64,000 nt of DNA, from positions 105,772,001-105,836,000 of the forward strand of contig NC_042997.1 in NCBI RefSeq assembly GCF_006345805.1. The letters run 5' to 3'. Source of the stretch: Octopus sinensis (Eukaryota). The translations under genes and the position numbers were made by a program. Shown here in pieces: positions 25,775 through 38,008 of this stretch. Positions within the stretch are counted from its first letter, which is position 1. Each line of letters starts with the position of its first letter. The notes under the pieces were generated by a model, which was not told the DNA's origin, searched no databases, and was given only the letters and a program-made list of their open reading frames with translations.

Positions 25775-26900
25775 AGAGGGCATATTTTCCGTGACCTTTC
25801 TCGACCCTCCCAGACCAAGGAGTCTGACATAGTTGATGTACATCTTTAAAAGTCTGTAGGTCGATATCTGCAGGATAAAAGATAATTGGGTTGGAGTTTC
25901 AATGAATTGAATTTTGTGCAACAAAAGACTGCATAAAAATTTTAGCGGGACTTTTCCTAAGTGCGACGGTAAAAAGGTGGGTAAAGGGAGATGGCGTAGA
26001 AAATACGTGTATTTCGAATGAACTTTGGTGGAGATGTAGCTAGTTCAGAAATTTAGAGGCCATTGTATTGTTGAAGGAGAGAATGTTAGAGCAAATATCG
26101 TTTCTCTGTGCTTGGAGCTATAGCTTGTTGAAGTAATCTTCATTAAACAGTTCATGGCCATATGTGTAGCAGCAGCACTCCCAAATATATAAGTACCCAT
26201 TTCTAAGTCATATGTGTTCTTTGGCGATGGACGGTTACTAACTGATCAGAGCAAGAATATTTGCGTGCGTGTAAGGACAAATGTAAATCTTCGTACCGAT
26301 TAAATGTGCAGACAGTGAGGTTTGAATTGAAGTCTGTAACTGTTTCCTTTACAAGCTTTTTCTTTTTTGTGATGTTGAGAAAGATTAACTGGCCAAGTCG
26401 CTGTTTTAGAAGGTTTTTTTATGCCATGGTTGATCGCTGTGAGCAGACGAATAAGGAAGAATGAAGAGTGTCTCTATCTGCAAAGGAATGTGTTAATAGA
26501 GGTGGATGAAAGTAGGTCGCAAATGTATAAAAGGAGCAGTGTAGGGGGCGTTACTGATCCCTGATGACGTCGATGCCTTGATACGATCGAACATGAATGA
26601 TTGTTGTTGCTATTGTTGTTGCTTAACCCCAAGACAGCTTGATCGAGCAGACCTATCATCAAAGGATTGCCAGCTGCGACCACGCGTCTTTTCCCAATTT
26701 ACAGGGAACAAAGGACAACATTATGTGATACTAGGTGTGATTTGGGTGTTATTTCTAGTAGGTAGTATAGCCATATATAATCTCTAGCATCGGAGAAATT
26801 GAGAGAATCCATAGGCAAACAATTTCTTGATTTAGGGAAAGTATTTTCCCATGTCTAGATGTCAATTGTAACGACATTATTTTAGCTGAAACTTCCAAGG
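25775..26900 (-). pseudogene. Decayed CR1/L2 (Jockey-group) LINE reverse transcriptase fragment, interrupted by a family E repeat
   Basis: KLFAYGFS; QGSVTPPTLLLLYICDLLSSTS (equivalent to QGSVLxPTLFLLYINDLL); frameshifted FADD-like region; RPS...GTYIFGSAAATH (equivalent to RPxxEYxSHIWGAA). Confidence 0.7.
26603..26790 (+). mobile_element. Interspersed repeat family E
   Basis: Similar to 10200-10390 and 8830-8910; interrupts the CR1/L2 RT. Confidence 0.55.
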
Positions 26901-28040
26901 GAAGGTCTACTTGTGATCTTGTTTTAGCAATGGAATTGCAAGATTCTTTACGCGAATTGGTGTCACAAGACTTCTTGTAACCTAGTGAGTAACATCCAAG
27001 AGTACATTTCGGTAGATCTTACGTTAAAGTAACAATACTTGTGTTTTACGAACTGAGAGAGAAGAAAGTGAAGTACTAAAGGTGGTAAATGAGGTTATTG
27101 CGAACAATTTTTGCAGTTGGAATAAAATCAAGTCAAGTGAGAAATTAAAGAGTTCGGCAAGGATAGGATATATATATATATGGCCACAGCTCATAAGCTG
27201 AAACTAGAATCAATCAATCAATCATATATATATATTATATTATATATATATATATATTAGCCAGAGTCCTCTAAAGAGTTTTTTCCAGTGGGAGAAAGGG
27301 TAAAGAGAATATTTAGAGAATATGGAGCTACATACTTAGTGCACAAGAGCCAATAGTTGAATTTAATCTCGTGGATGGTGAGTGATTTCCCCTGTACACC
27401 GGGTGCAATAATATTTGCCCTTGCTTCTAAAACACGGTTGTGGCTAAGAGACTTAAAGAACTTTGGAATGTTAAATTTGTTTGTAGGATGATTGTAAATA
27501 GACATTTCAAAGAGCATGATTTTAGTTACCCCCCTCAGTAATTCCATCCACGTTAATGAGCAAGATATTTCCTGACAGTGAGTAGTTGGTATAGAACTAG
27601 TAGTATGATGACCAGACAGGGGAATAGAATGTACATGAGATAAAACTAAGTTTCGATGGTAAGTATTCATTTGGATTCATTTTTATACACAATGTTTAAA
27701 CATAGGAAGCCAGTGTGAAAGTCAAATACAAGCAAGAGTCTGTAGCTGCAATAACATCCCAGATATCAACAAATGTTACGTAGTTTCGTTACTGCTTCAC
27801 GGCTTCTTTTCTGTAACTTCTTCAGTTATCTTGTAGTACTAAACTAATATGTATGCGAATGTTCGTATATGTATGTATGTATGTATGTATGTTTGTATGT
27901 ATGTATGTATTATGTATGTATGTATGCATGTATGTATGGAGGTATGTATTTATGCATGCATGTATGTACGTATGTATGTATTTATGCATGCCTGTATGCA
28001 TGTATGTATAATATATATATATGTTATTGCAGCTACAGAA

Positions 28041-28262
28041 GGCGGCGAGCTGGCAGAATCGTTAGCACGCAGGGCGAAATGTGTAGCGGTATTTCGTCTG
28101 CTGTCACGTGTTCTGGGTTCAAATTCCGCCGAGGTTGACTTTTCCTTTCATCCTATCGGGGTCGAAAAATAGTACCGTTTACGCACTGGGGTCGATATAA
28201 TCGACTTAATCCCTTTGGTTTGTCCCCTCTATGTTTAGCCCCTTGTGGGTAGTAAAGAAATA
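28041..28262 (+). mobile_element. SINE family A full-length copy
   Basis: Complete head, core and tail. Confidence 0.88.
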
Positions 28263-28551
28263 TATATATATATATTATGTATGTGTATATATATATATAT
28301 AATATATATAATATATATATATATATATATTTATGTATGTATATATATTATATTTATGTATGTATGTATAATGGTATTTCGCAATAGACAACGATATATT
28401 TGGTGTAAACAACCCATGAATATAATTAAGTACACATACTTAAATTTCGCACATGATATATATATATATATACACACACGCACACACACACACGCACATA
28501 TATATATATATATATATGTATGTGTGGGTATGTGTGTATGTTTGTGCGTGT

Positions 28552-28705
28552 GAGCTTGCTTACCAACCTCATGGTTCCAGGTTCAGTCTCACTGCGTGGC
28601 ATTTGGGCAAGTGTCTTCTACTATCGCCTCGGGCCGACTAAAGCCTTTTGAGTGGATTTGATAGACAAAAACTGAAGGAAGGCCGTCGTATATATATATA
28701 TGTGT

Positions 28706-28744
<39 letters not shown>

Positions 28745-29380
28745 TGTCTGTCTGTCCGTCTGTGATTGTTCCTCATCGCCGCTTGGTAACCGGTGGTGAT
28801 GTGTTTACGTCCATATAACTTACTAGTTCGGCAAAATAGACCGAAAGAATAAGTACTAGTCTTAAGAAATAAGTCCTGGGGCCGATTTGTTCAACTAAAC
28901 CCCTTCAAATCAGTGCTCCCACATGACCGCGGTCAAATGACTGAAACAATTAAAAAGAATAAAAGAATATATATAACAGGCGCAGGAGTGGCTGTGTGGT
29001 AAGTAGCTTCCTAACCAACCACATGGTTCCGGGTTCAGTCCCACTGCGTGGCATCTTGGGCAAGTGTCTTCTGCTATAGCCCCGGGCCGACCAATGCCTT
29101 GTGAGTGGATTTAGTAGACGGAAACTGAAAGAAGCCTGTCGTATATGTATATATATATGTGTATGTGTGTGTGTGTGTGTTTGTGTGTCTGTGTTTGTCT
29201 CCCTAGCATTGCTTGACAACCGATGCTGGTGTGTTTACGTCCCCGTCACTTAGCGGTTCGGCAAAAGAGACCGATAGAATAAGTACTGGGCTTACAAAGA
29301 ATAAGTCCCGGTGTCGATTTGCTCGACTAAAGGCGATGCTCCAGCATGGCCGCAGTCAAATGACTGAAACAAGTAAAAAA
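28552..29380 (+). mobile_element. Two tandem family B SINEs (28552-28968 older and 5' clipped; 28979-29380 complete)
   Basis: Both show the head, CTTGGGCAAGTGTCTTC-like segment, internal (TG)n and tail. Confidence 0.88.
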
Positions 29381-30442
29381 AAAAAGAGTAATATATACGT
29401 ATATATCTATAACATGCGAATACACACACACACACACATATATATATATATGTGTGTGTGTATATGTGTCATATGAGTGTGTAATGTGTCAGTGCGAGTG
29501 AAGGTATATGTCTACCCCAGCTCTCTCTCTCTCTCTCACCCTCTCTCTCTCTCACCCTCTCTTCTCTCTCTCCACTTCCACTTATTGATTTATCTCCAAT
29601 TCCATCTATCTCTTCCTCCTTTCTGCATCCCTTGTATTGCCCTACATACACCCCATCCTGTGTCTACCATATGTCTTCTCTTATCTAGAAGTAACAGGAT
29701 CGTTTGACAATGCTAAATGAATTGGTTGACAAAAGGGAAAAAGAAGGCAAAAATTATTACTTCCAAGAACAATTCGTCAAAGACAAATTTTCGTTGATAG
29801 CGAAAAGAACAACAAAAGAGTGTATTTAGACGTTTTCTTACTTTCCTTCTTTCTTTCTTTTTTCTTCCTTTCATTCTTTCTTTCTTTTTGCTTTTGCTTC
29901 TTTCTTTCAACGGACACCACCTTGACAGACACAGAAAAAAATGGTACCACCACATTTCTCGTGACGTTTTTTTGTCGTATGACACGAATAATGAGCTGCT
30001 AAGGACAACATCGGCGATAATGAAGGTTTGTGTTACGCCATCAATACCACGATTGCCATCATCATCAACGTCATCATCATCATCATCATTGACGCTTCGT
30101 CATCATCATCATCGTCATCGTCATCATCATTATTATCGCTGTTGTTATTATCTCTGTTTTGGGAGATTTTCTATTATTGTTTCCTAATTACTGTTTCAAT
30201 GTCACACTTCGCATAAAATCCACCACCATTTTCGTAAATTCTCTCGTAATGTTGTCCATCTGTCGCCCTTGCGGCAATAATATATAATCACTCCAATAAT
30301 TATCACTAGCAGAATCGTTAGACTGGTGTCAAACAAGATGTTATGCCCTTTGTCGCCCACTCTGCCTTTTAACCGTTTACGTTCAAATCCCTCCTTTATA
30401 AAACGTATTCACGCAAATACGCACGCATATACACACGTACTC

Positions 30443-30478
<36 letters not shown>

Positions 30479-30574
30479 TAATAAATAAAATATATGCATA
30501 CATACAAACATATATGTACGTACCTACATCTACATGTTTATATACATGCATATATAAATATATATACGTGTGTA

Positions 30575-30772
30575 CAGGACACTACAAATAGACGTAGAAC
30601 TCAACGAGAAACGAAAACATAAAAACAGCAAGGAACGGACCATTTTTTTAACAACGAAAAAACAGAGTACAAGACAACTAAACAAGGAAAAATCCCCTTC
30701 ATCAGCTGTCCCTAGTTCAACTCCAGCGTGTTTCGAAGGTGAGGACAGAACACGTCTTGTCGAACTAGTCCT
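30575..30772 (-). mobile_element. Penelope-like pseudo-LTR fragment with U-rich sense strand
   Basis: Non-repetitive island between microsatellites, carrying an HHR-like motif followed by a U-rich tract. Confidence 0.5.
30699..30768 (-). ncRNA. Candidate rearranged hammerhead #3
   Basis: CGUG-UU-CUGUCCU ... C-GAAA-CACG ... GGGACAG-CUGAUGA; stem I 7 bp, stem III 4 bp, plus a possible 10-bp extension CUAGUUCGAC/GUUGAACUAG. Confidence 0.65.
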
Positions 30773-30776
30773 TATA

Positions 30777-30812
<36 letters not shown>

Positions 30813-31011
30813 TGTATGTATGTATGTATGTAGCAGTTAAGTATGTATGCGGTCACAGGGTGACCAGCAGTTTCACATCCATAAAGCCCTAAGTATGTAT
30901 GTACGCTCATCAGGCTCTAATACCGAGATATATATATATATATATATATATATTATCTATAGATATATATATATATATATATATATATACATTATAATAT
31001 ATATATATATC

Positions 31012-31063
<52 letters not shown>

Positions 31064-31125
31064 TGTATTGTGGTGTGCGTGTGTGTATATATATTTGTTT
31101 ATTTATATATATATACATTCGTTTA

Positions 31126-31369
31126 TTATTTTATTCTTTTACTTGTAATCAGTCATTTGACTGTGGCCATTGTGGGGCACCACCCTTAATCGAGCAGATC
31201 GACCCCAGAACTTATTCTTTATGAGCCTAGTACTTATTGCATCGGTATGTTTTGCCGAACCGCTAAGTTACGGAGACGTGAACACGCCAGCATTAGTTGT
31301 CAAGCGATGTTGGGGAGAACAAACACAAACACGCAAACATATACATGCATGTACACACATACACACATA

Positions 31370-31417
<48 letters not shown>

Positions 31418-31424
31418 CACACAT

Positions 31425-31484
<60 letters not shown>

Positions 31485-31652
31485 CAAATATATATATTTT
31501 CGATGGGCTTCTTTTAGCCTCCATCTACCAAATCCTCTCACAAGCATTTGGTCGACCGGAGGCTACAGTAGAAGATACTTGCCAAAGGTGCCACGCGGTG
31601 GGACTGAACCCGGAACCAAGTGGTTGGGAAACAAGCTACTTACCACACAGCC
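31126..31652 (-). mobile_element. SINE family B with expanded internal (CA)/(TA) tract
   Basis: Reverse-complement match to family B on both sides of the microsatellite. Confidence 0.85.
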
Positions 31653-31954
31653 ACGTGTGTGTGTGTGTTTTTGTGTTTGTGTATGTGTGTGTGTTTTTGT
31701 GTTTTGTGTGTGTGTGTGTGTGTGTCTTTGTGTGTGAGGGATCGGACAAAAGAAGCAAAATGGCCATCAACACATATAGTAGGAGTTACGCGTATTATTT
31801 AAAACGGTTTGATTCGGTCCTGTGCTCTTTCAAATTTCGCAGGCCCTTAACGGGAACTCCACTTCTTCGACATTCCAGGAGCCTAAAGTAAACGTGCTGC
31901 GAAAATTGAAATAGCACGAAACCGAATAAAACTGTTTCCAGTGACCTATATATA

Positions 31955-32031
<77 letters not shown>

Positions 32032-32035
<4 letters not shown>

Positions 32036-32190
32036 AATGTAGGATAAAATTTTTTCGAAAAAATTATTTTCCAAAAAAATTTTATCAATGGCCAACATAT
32101 GCAATAAGCATATTTTTTAATATGCTGGCCGTTGATAAAAATTTTTTGGGAAAAGAATTTTTTTCGAAAAAATTTTATCCTACATTAGAT
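32032..32190. repeat. Near-perfect AT-rich inverted repeat (~68-bp arms)
   Basis: ATCTAATGTAGGATAAAATTTTTTCGAAAA... and its reverse complement. Confidence 0.85.
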
Positions 32191-32376
32191 TTAAATTTAA
32201 GCGTTCACTTCCGGACTCTTTCACTCTGTGAGAGCATCAGTTCAAATCGCACGTGTCTCGAATGGACTAGAGTATTTCTATTTTGGATGTATTTGGGGTA
32301 CTTAATTGTGCTCATGACTTAGTGTTTTGCTTCTTCCATGGGTATGAGTAAGTATCTCATTTATTTCTTTGCCACA

Positions 32377-32434
32377 TGTATCACTGACGAAGGGAGGCTG
32401 TTATATGAGCTAACCCTGAAATCGGTCCGATATG
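32377..32434 (+). ncRNA. Type I hammerhead motif with canonical CUGACGA core, slightly eroded
   Basis: CUGACGA 32384-32390; stem II AGGG-a-GGCU/AGCU-aa-CCCU; GAAA 32418-32421; AUCGGU stem III; GUC 32425-32427; stem I UAUC/GAUA behind an A-C mismatch. Confidence 0.65.
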
Positions 32435-32584
32435 GTAATAATGGAATTTTTTAGAAATTTCTGTCCAACTTTTTTCGAGTAGCGTGCGTATTGTGAAAAA
32501 TTATATATTTAATAGACAATATGTCCAATTTTTCGGCATATTTGGCATTAGAAATTTTTTCGTTTGCCCATATTTATGAATTGT

Positions 32585-32621
<37 letters not shown>

Positions 32622-33081
32622 TATATATATATATATCTATATATATATATATATATATATATGTGCAATTCATAAATAAGGGCATATATATATGCATACA
32701 TACATACATATATGCATACGTACATACATATATATACATATATGCATAAATACATACATACATAAATACATATATGCATACATATATACATATATATATA
32801 CATATAGACATAGACACACACATGCATACATACATACATACATACATACATACATACATACATACATACATACATACATACATACATACATACATGAGAG
32901 AAGTGTGTTTATTACACGTTGTAGATTTATTGAAATTTATATTTTACTGCATGACACAAGCTTCACGGCCCTGCGAACATCCGGTCAGTTTTTGCCTATA
33001 TTTGCAGTGACGCGACGTAAAGATAAACTTTCGATATACTTCGTGCCGTGTGTGTATGTGCTTGTTTGTGTGTGTGTGTGT

Positions 33082-33132
<51 letters not shown>

Positions 33133-34129
33133 AGGCTTTGTTTACGCGTGCGGCTTATATTCTACCAACAAGAAAAAGAAAAATCCCACGAATTCCTTGA
33201 ATTTTACACATTCATTTGAATTTGAGGATACACAGCGTTACTATATTGATGGTCTACTTTCCACGATTTTCTACAAGACGACACGTAATACATGCAGGAT
33301 ATTCAGAGAAGCGATTCAATGGAACTCCAGCCTCCAACGAATATATGTTTGTGAATGTGTGCATGCATGTGTGTGAATGTATGAGAGAGAGAGAAAGAGA
33401 GATTGAATATAAATATGATGGAAGCCATAATTATGCATACGTATCCGTTTAGGTATATTTACATGACTAAAGGGCGTTTGCAGCGGAGTCATATACGAGC
33501 ACCAATATTTCTGTGCGTATACACTTAAATATACACGAGATTCAGTTTGCATGCAACCATGGGTGCCGGATTTAATATGTGTAGACATGCATGTATTTGT
33601 AATATCTGTGCGTATGGATGTGTGTGCGTATATATATATATATATATTTAAAAACAATTCGGTTCGTAAAGGTTACATGTTATGAATGTGTATACTTTCC
33701 GTGTAGGTGAATGATCCAACTACATGCGTGTTCAAGTTGTCTCTTCACCTCTCAACGAAGCAGACAATAGTTATGGCTTCTAAGTAACAAATTAGAAGAT
33801 TAGAAATATCAAGAGACAGCCGTGAGGTCACGTGGTACATACCTCCTTTTAACCTTCACGGTAATCATACAATGGCAGCTATAATTATTCTCCGACTACA
33901 TCCACTAATTAACCGTGCTTCAAGTCTCTCGGGAGAAGAGCACGATCGAATGACATGCTAATCTATGCAAACATCCGAACAGTACACGGGAAGAGAACGT
34001 GTGCGGGTTTGTCAGCACACGTGTATACATTTGCACAGTGAGAAGTGGGCATCGTTACGTCTGCATATATATAGTCTATTAGCTCCTCCCCACCATCGAT
34101 ATGTGTGTGTATCAGCGTGAATGTGTGTG

Positions 34130-34160
<31 letters not shown>

Positions 34161-34268
34161 CTGTGTGTGTGTGTATGTGTGTGAGTGCGTGTATGTATAT
34201 GTGTGCCAGAGTGTGCGAGTGTTTGTGTGTGATTTTGTGTGTACATTTGTGCACCTAGGTATGCGTGA

Positions 34269-34304
<36 letters not shown>

Positions 34305-34473
34305 AATGACACAAGCATATACATAAATATATATATATATGTATATATGTAAATATATGTGTGTACGTGTGTTTGTGTGAGTGTGTTTGAGTATGTGTGT
34401 GAGGGTGTGCGTGTGTGTATGTGTGTGTTATGTGTGTGTGTGTGTGCGTGTGTGTATGTGTGTGTGTGTGTGT

Positions 34474-34512
<39 letters not shown>

Positions 34513-34624
34513 AATGCTGGATAATCGGCGATAGAATTTAAGTGGTTTAAATATAGAAATATATATATACAAACAGACAGACAGACAGAAAGACAGGCAG
34601 GCAGATAGATAGATAGATAGATAG

Positions 34625-34665
<41 letters not shown>

Positions 34666-36389
34666 TGGATGGATGGATGGATGGATGGATGGATGGATGG
34701 ATGGATGGATGGATGGATATTGTGGTCGTATGGGAATGCCTTTTACAGCATCTTAGATGCACAAAATGTCGCTACATTCTCGCGAACACACACACACACT
34801 GACGTGCGCACACACACAAACATAAAATATACAATACACATATATACTACACACGCACAAGGAAAATTTTACATTCAAAATATACTTTTTAGGCTACAAA
34901 TATTCACAAACTTATGAATATATTTTCAGCTATTGTTTGATGGAGCAAAAAAGAAAAGACAAAACAATATTATAAGCGTGTGGGTATGTATGAAAATATA
35001 AACGTATTAATGTATGAGGATAATGCTTCAGTAGTCAGATTCATCCAGGTTTGCGTTCCGTGTATCCATGCTCACCGTAGCACCCTCTTACTTAAGCTAG
35101 CGTCAGATAGCACCTCACACATCCCTTCCACTCCATTGACATAAACCACAGTCAAACCGGGGCAAGATATCCGGTGCCAATATGACTCGCAGTCTCAGGA
35201 ATTTTGGTGTGCCGTGATCTCAAGCGCATGCAAAAGATCCCCAAAATGTTCAATGCCATTATTTGCATCTTTGGTTTTATATAAGACAGGTTTCTTTAAC
35301 AAAAGCTATGGGCTGCCTCACTCCCATTTGTCTTAAGCTATTCTTTCCTATTACTACTTTTGGTAGAAAGAAATAGATCTGAAATTAAAGATTTTTTTAT
35401 CCAGTCAGATATTTTTTTAAAAATTAAGTGTGAAGTTGGTTTTAATTGGTTAATATATTAATAATAATATATACATTAGTTTGCATGACCATAAAATATA
35501 TTAGCAGTCTTAGTAGGCACAACAGTTTAAATTCAAATTTAAAACAGTAATAAGTCTTTATGATACATATTTATTTTCGCTCTCGATTATTTAGCTCACA
35601 TGAATGGACTTCAGAAAAGTCAACTTTGTCCTAGATATTATTTCTAAAATTATTCCCAATTTAATATAAAATTTAATTATTAATGTAAATATGGTATTTC
35701 CTAATTATTATTTCTGCACAATTAATATTAAATCCAAAATGAAAATCTATATTAATTTGGAAAACATAAACTGTAACAGAACAACTACTACTCAACAAAC
35801 TGCAGAAAAGGGGAAAAATATATCATTTAAAATTCTGAATTATTATAGTAAGGGTAAGTGAATTTAATACACAACTGTATGAAAACTGACATTATTCTCT
35901 TGTTATATTAGTTCTCTTTGTCTACTTCAATGTAGGTATCCTACTTTTTATTTTATTTTTTTGTTCGGGCGGAGAACTAGCGTCCGAAACGTCAAAACTG
36001 ACTTCCTTTTAGGGATTAAAGTAATATAACATTTGTTGAAATTTGTCCCTTTCGTGTTGTCTTCGTTTTTTCGTCCATATAGGTTTTACCTCTTATATAT
36101 ACGTATATGTGTGTGTGTACATACACACACGCACGCACACACATACACACACATATATATATACGTATGTATATATGTAATGTATGTACGTATGCATGTA
36201 TATATGTCAATTTTTAATGGAGGAACCCGAAGAAAATACATCTATAAATAATGCAGTATTGTCTGTAAAACGTCCTTGAATGTAAAAAGTCAAATACCAT
36301 ATTTAACTCTCATCCACTTCGAGTTCCACATTTAAAAACTTTTTTTCATGCCTCTCGAAGTTTGTAAACCCTTATTGTACAAACAGTGC

Positions 36390-36464
<75 letters not shown>

Positions 36465-36775
36465 CGCGTGCGTGTAGGGCTCTCAGGATTTTGGGGAGGT
36501 AATGAATAGTTGTCGACCCTTGAAATCTAAGCTGTTGTAATGTCTGGCTCCACATTCTTGCGATTGTAAAGGAGAACTCTTTACAATCACGAGATTTTAA
36601 GTCCGATACCATTGTGTGGTAGTTTCAATGCGTATCTTTTTTTAAAGTCTCATATCGACTCATAGCATGTGAGTGAAACTGATTATATCGACATTTTATG
36701 GAAAGTCCATGCTATTCACCCAAACTGTCGGACGGATTCTAGCTGGGGATTATGTAATGGTTAACTAGGTTTGTA

Positions 36776-38008
36776 TTGAGATGGCAACTAAGTTCCTGCC
36801 GTTTATTTTTTAATTTAAATTTTCTAAAAGATTTAATAAAAAAAATAACAACTAATTAATTAATAATGCATTCACCCTTATTGTTTTCAACTTCTTCCCA
36901 ACGTTCAACAAGATTTTCAATACCTTGTTGGTAGAAACCACCTGATTTCGACTCGAAAAATTGATCCAACCAAGCTCTCAATTCTGAACGAAACTCGGCG
37001 CATAGCATTTGAAACAGATTGAAAGTGGTGGAAATCCGTTAATGCCAAATCAGGAGATACGGCGGATGCGGCAGCACTTCCCAGCCATGCGTTCGAATGG
37101 CTTCCTTGGTTATATTGGTAATATGAGGGCGGGTGTTGTCGTGCAGCAGAAGAACTCCATGCTGCTGGTTAGGTCTTTTCTCTTGAACAGCCGTATTGAG
37201 TCGTTCCATTTGTTGAACATAGAGTTCCGCGTTGAACGTTTGGTTCCGTTGAAGCAATTCGTAATGGATAATCCCTTCCCAGTCCCACCATAAGCACAAC
37301 ATAGTTTTACGCATATGACGATCTTGTTTCACGCGCGGTGTCGCTTATTTACCGGGGCTAAGCCATTCCTCACACTTGTTTCATATTGATGTACAGGCAC
37401 CATTTTTCGTCGCCAGTAACGATTCGGTAAAGAAATCGTTGCTTGTGTCCATGAGTTGATTTTTGTTCTTGTCACTTAAAGCATGCGGAATACATGCTTC
37501 ATACTTCTGAACCTTTCCCATCGAGTGAAGATGCTTCTCTATAGCAATGTGGGAGCATTCCATTTTCTCTGCCAGTTCTCTTGTCATTTGACGAGAATTT
37601 TCGGGCAAAAGTTGGTTTAATCGCTCTTCATCGAACCCAACTGGACGGCCAGAACAAGGTGCGTCTTTGAGGTCAAAATTTTCATTTTTTAATTTGGCAT
37701 ACCACTCACGAGCGGTTCTTTCAGCTATGGCACCCTCTCCATACACAGCACAAATGTCGCGAGCAGCTTTTGCGGCCTTAGAACCTTGATTAAAAGCAAA
37801 AAGAAGGAGGTGTCGAAAATGCTCGTTTTCCTTAACTTAGCATTACATTTTAATGATCTGAAAATAAACAAAAATTAACTAAAATTAACAAGAAAAAAAA
37901 CAAGATAGATTCCAAAATTATTCAAAAATAGAATTCTGGGAAAAAAATAGTTTTCAAAATTTAAAAACGCAATAAATTCCAAAATTTAAAAAAGACGGTG
38001 GGAACTTA
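36776..38008 (-). mobile_element. Full-length but inactive mariner (Tc1/mariner) DNA transposon
   Basis: TIR-like TAAGTTCCTGCCGTTT at ~36789 and GACGGTGGGAACTTA at ~37994; TA before the left end; about 1.23 kb. Confidence 0.88.
36856..37848 (-). pseudogene. Mariner transposase pseudogene (stops and frameshifts)
   Basis: HTH region (SGRP...RELAE...CIPHALS), MLCLWWDWEGIIHYELL, LLHDNTRPH, HPPY-(S)PDLALTDFH; ORFs 37381-37746 and 37039-37332. Confidence 0.92.

Noticed and set aside
27257-27670. 137-aa non-repetitive minus-strand ORF
   Set aside because: No recognisable motif; probably the upstream continuation of the decayed CR1/L2 element, but I could not support that
35975-36110. GGGCG/CGUCC-GAAACGUC followed by a U-rich tail
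   Set aside because: Only the 3' half of a hammerhead; the core strand is missing
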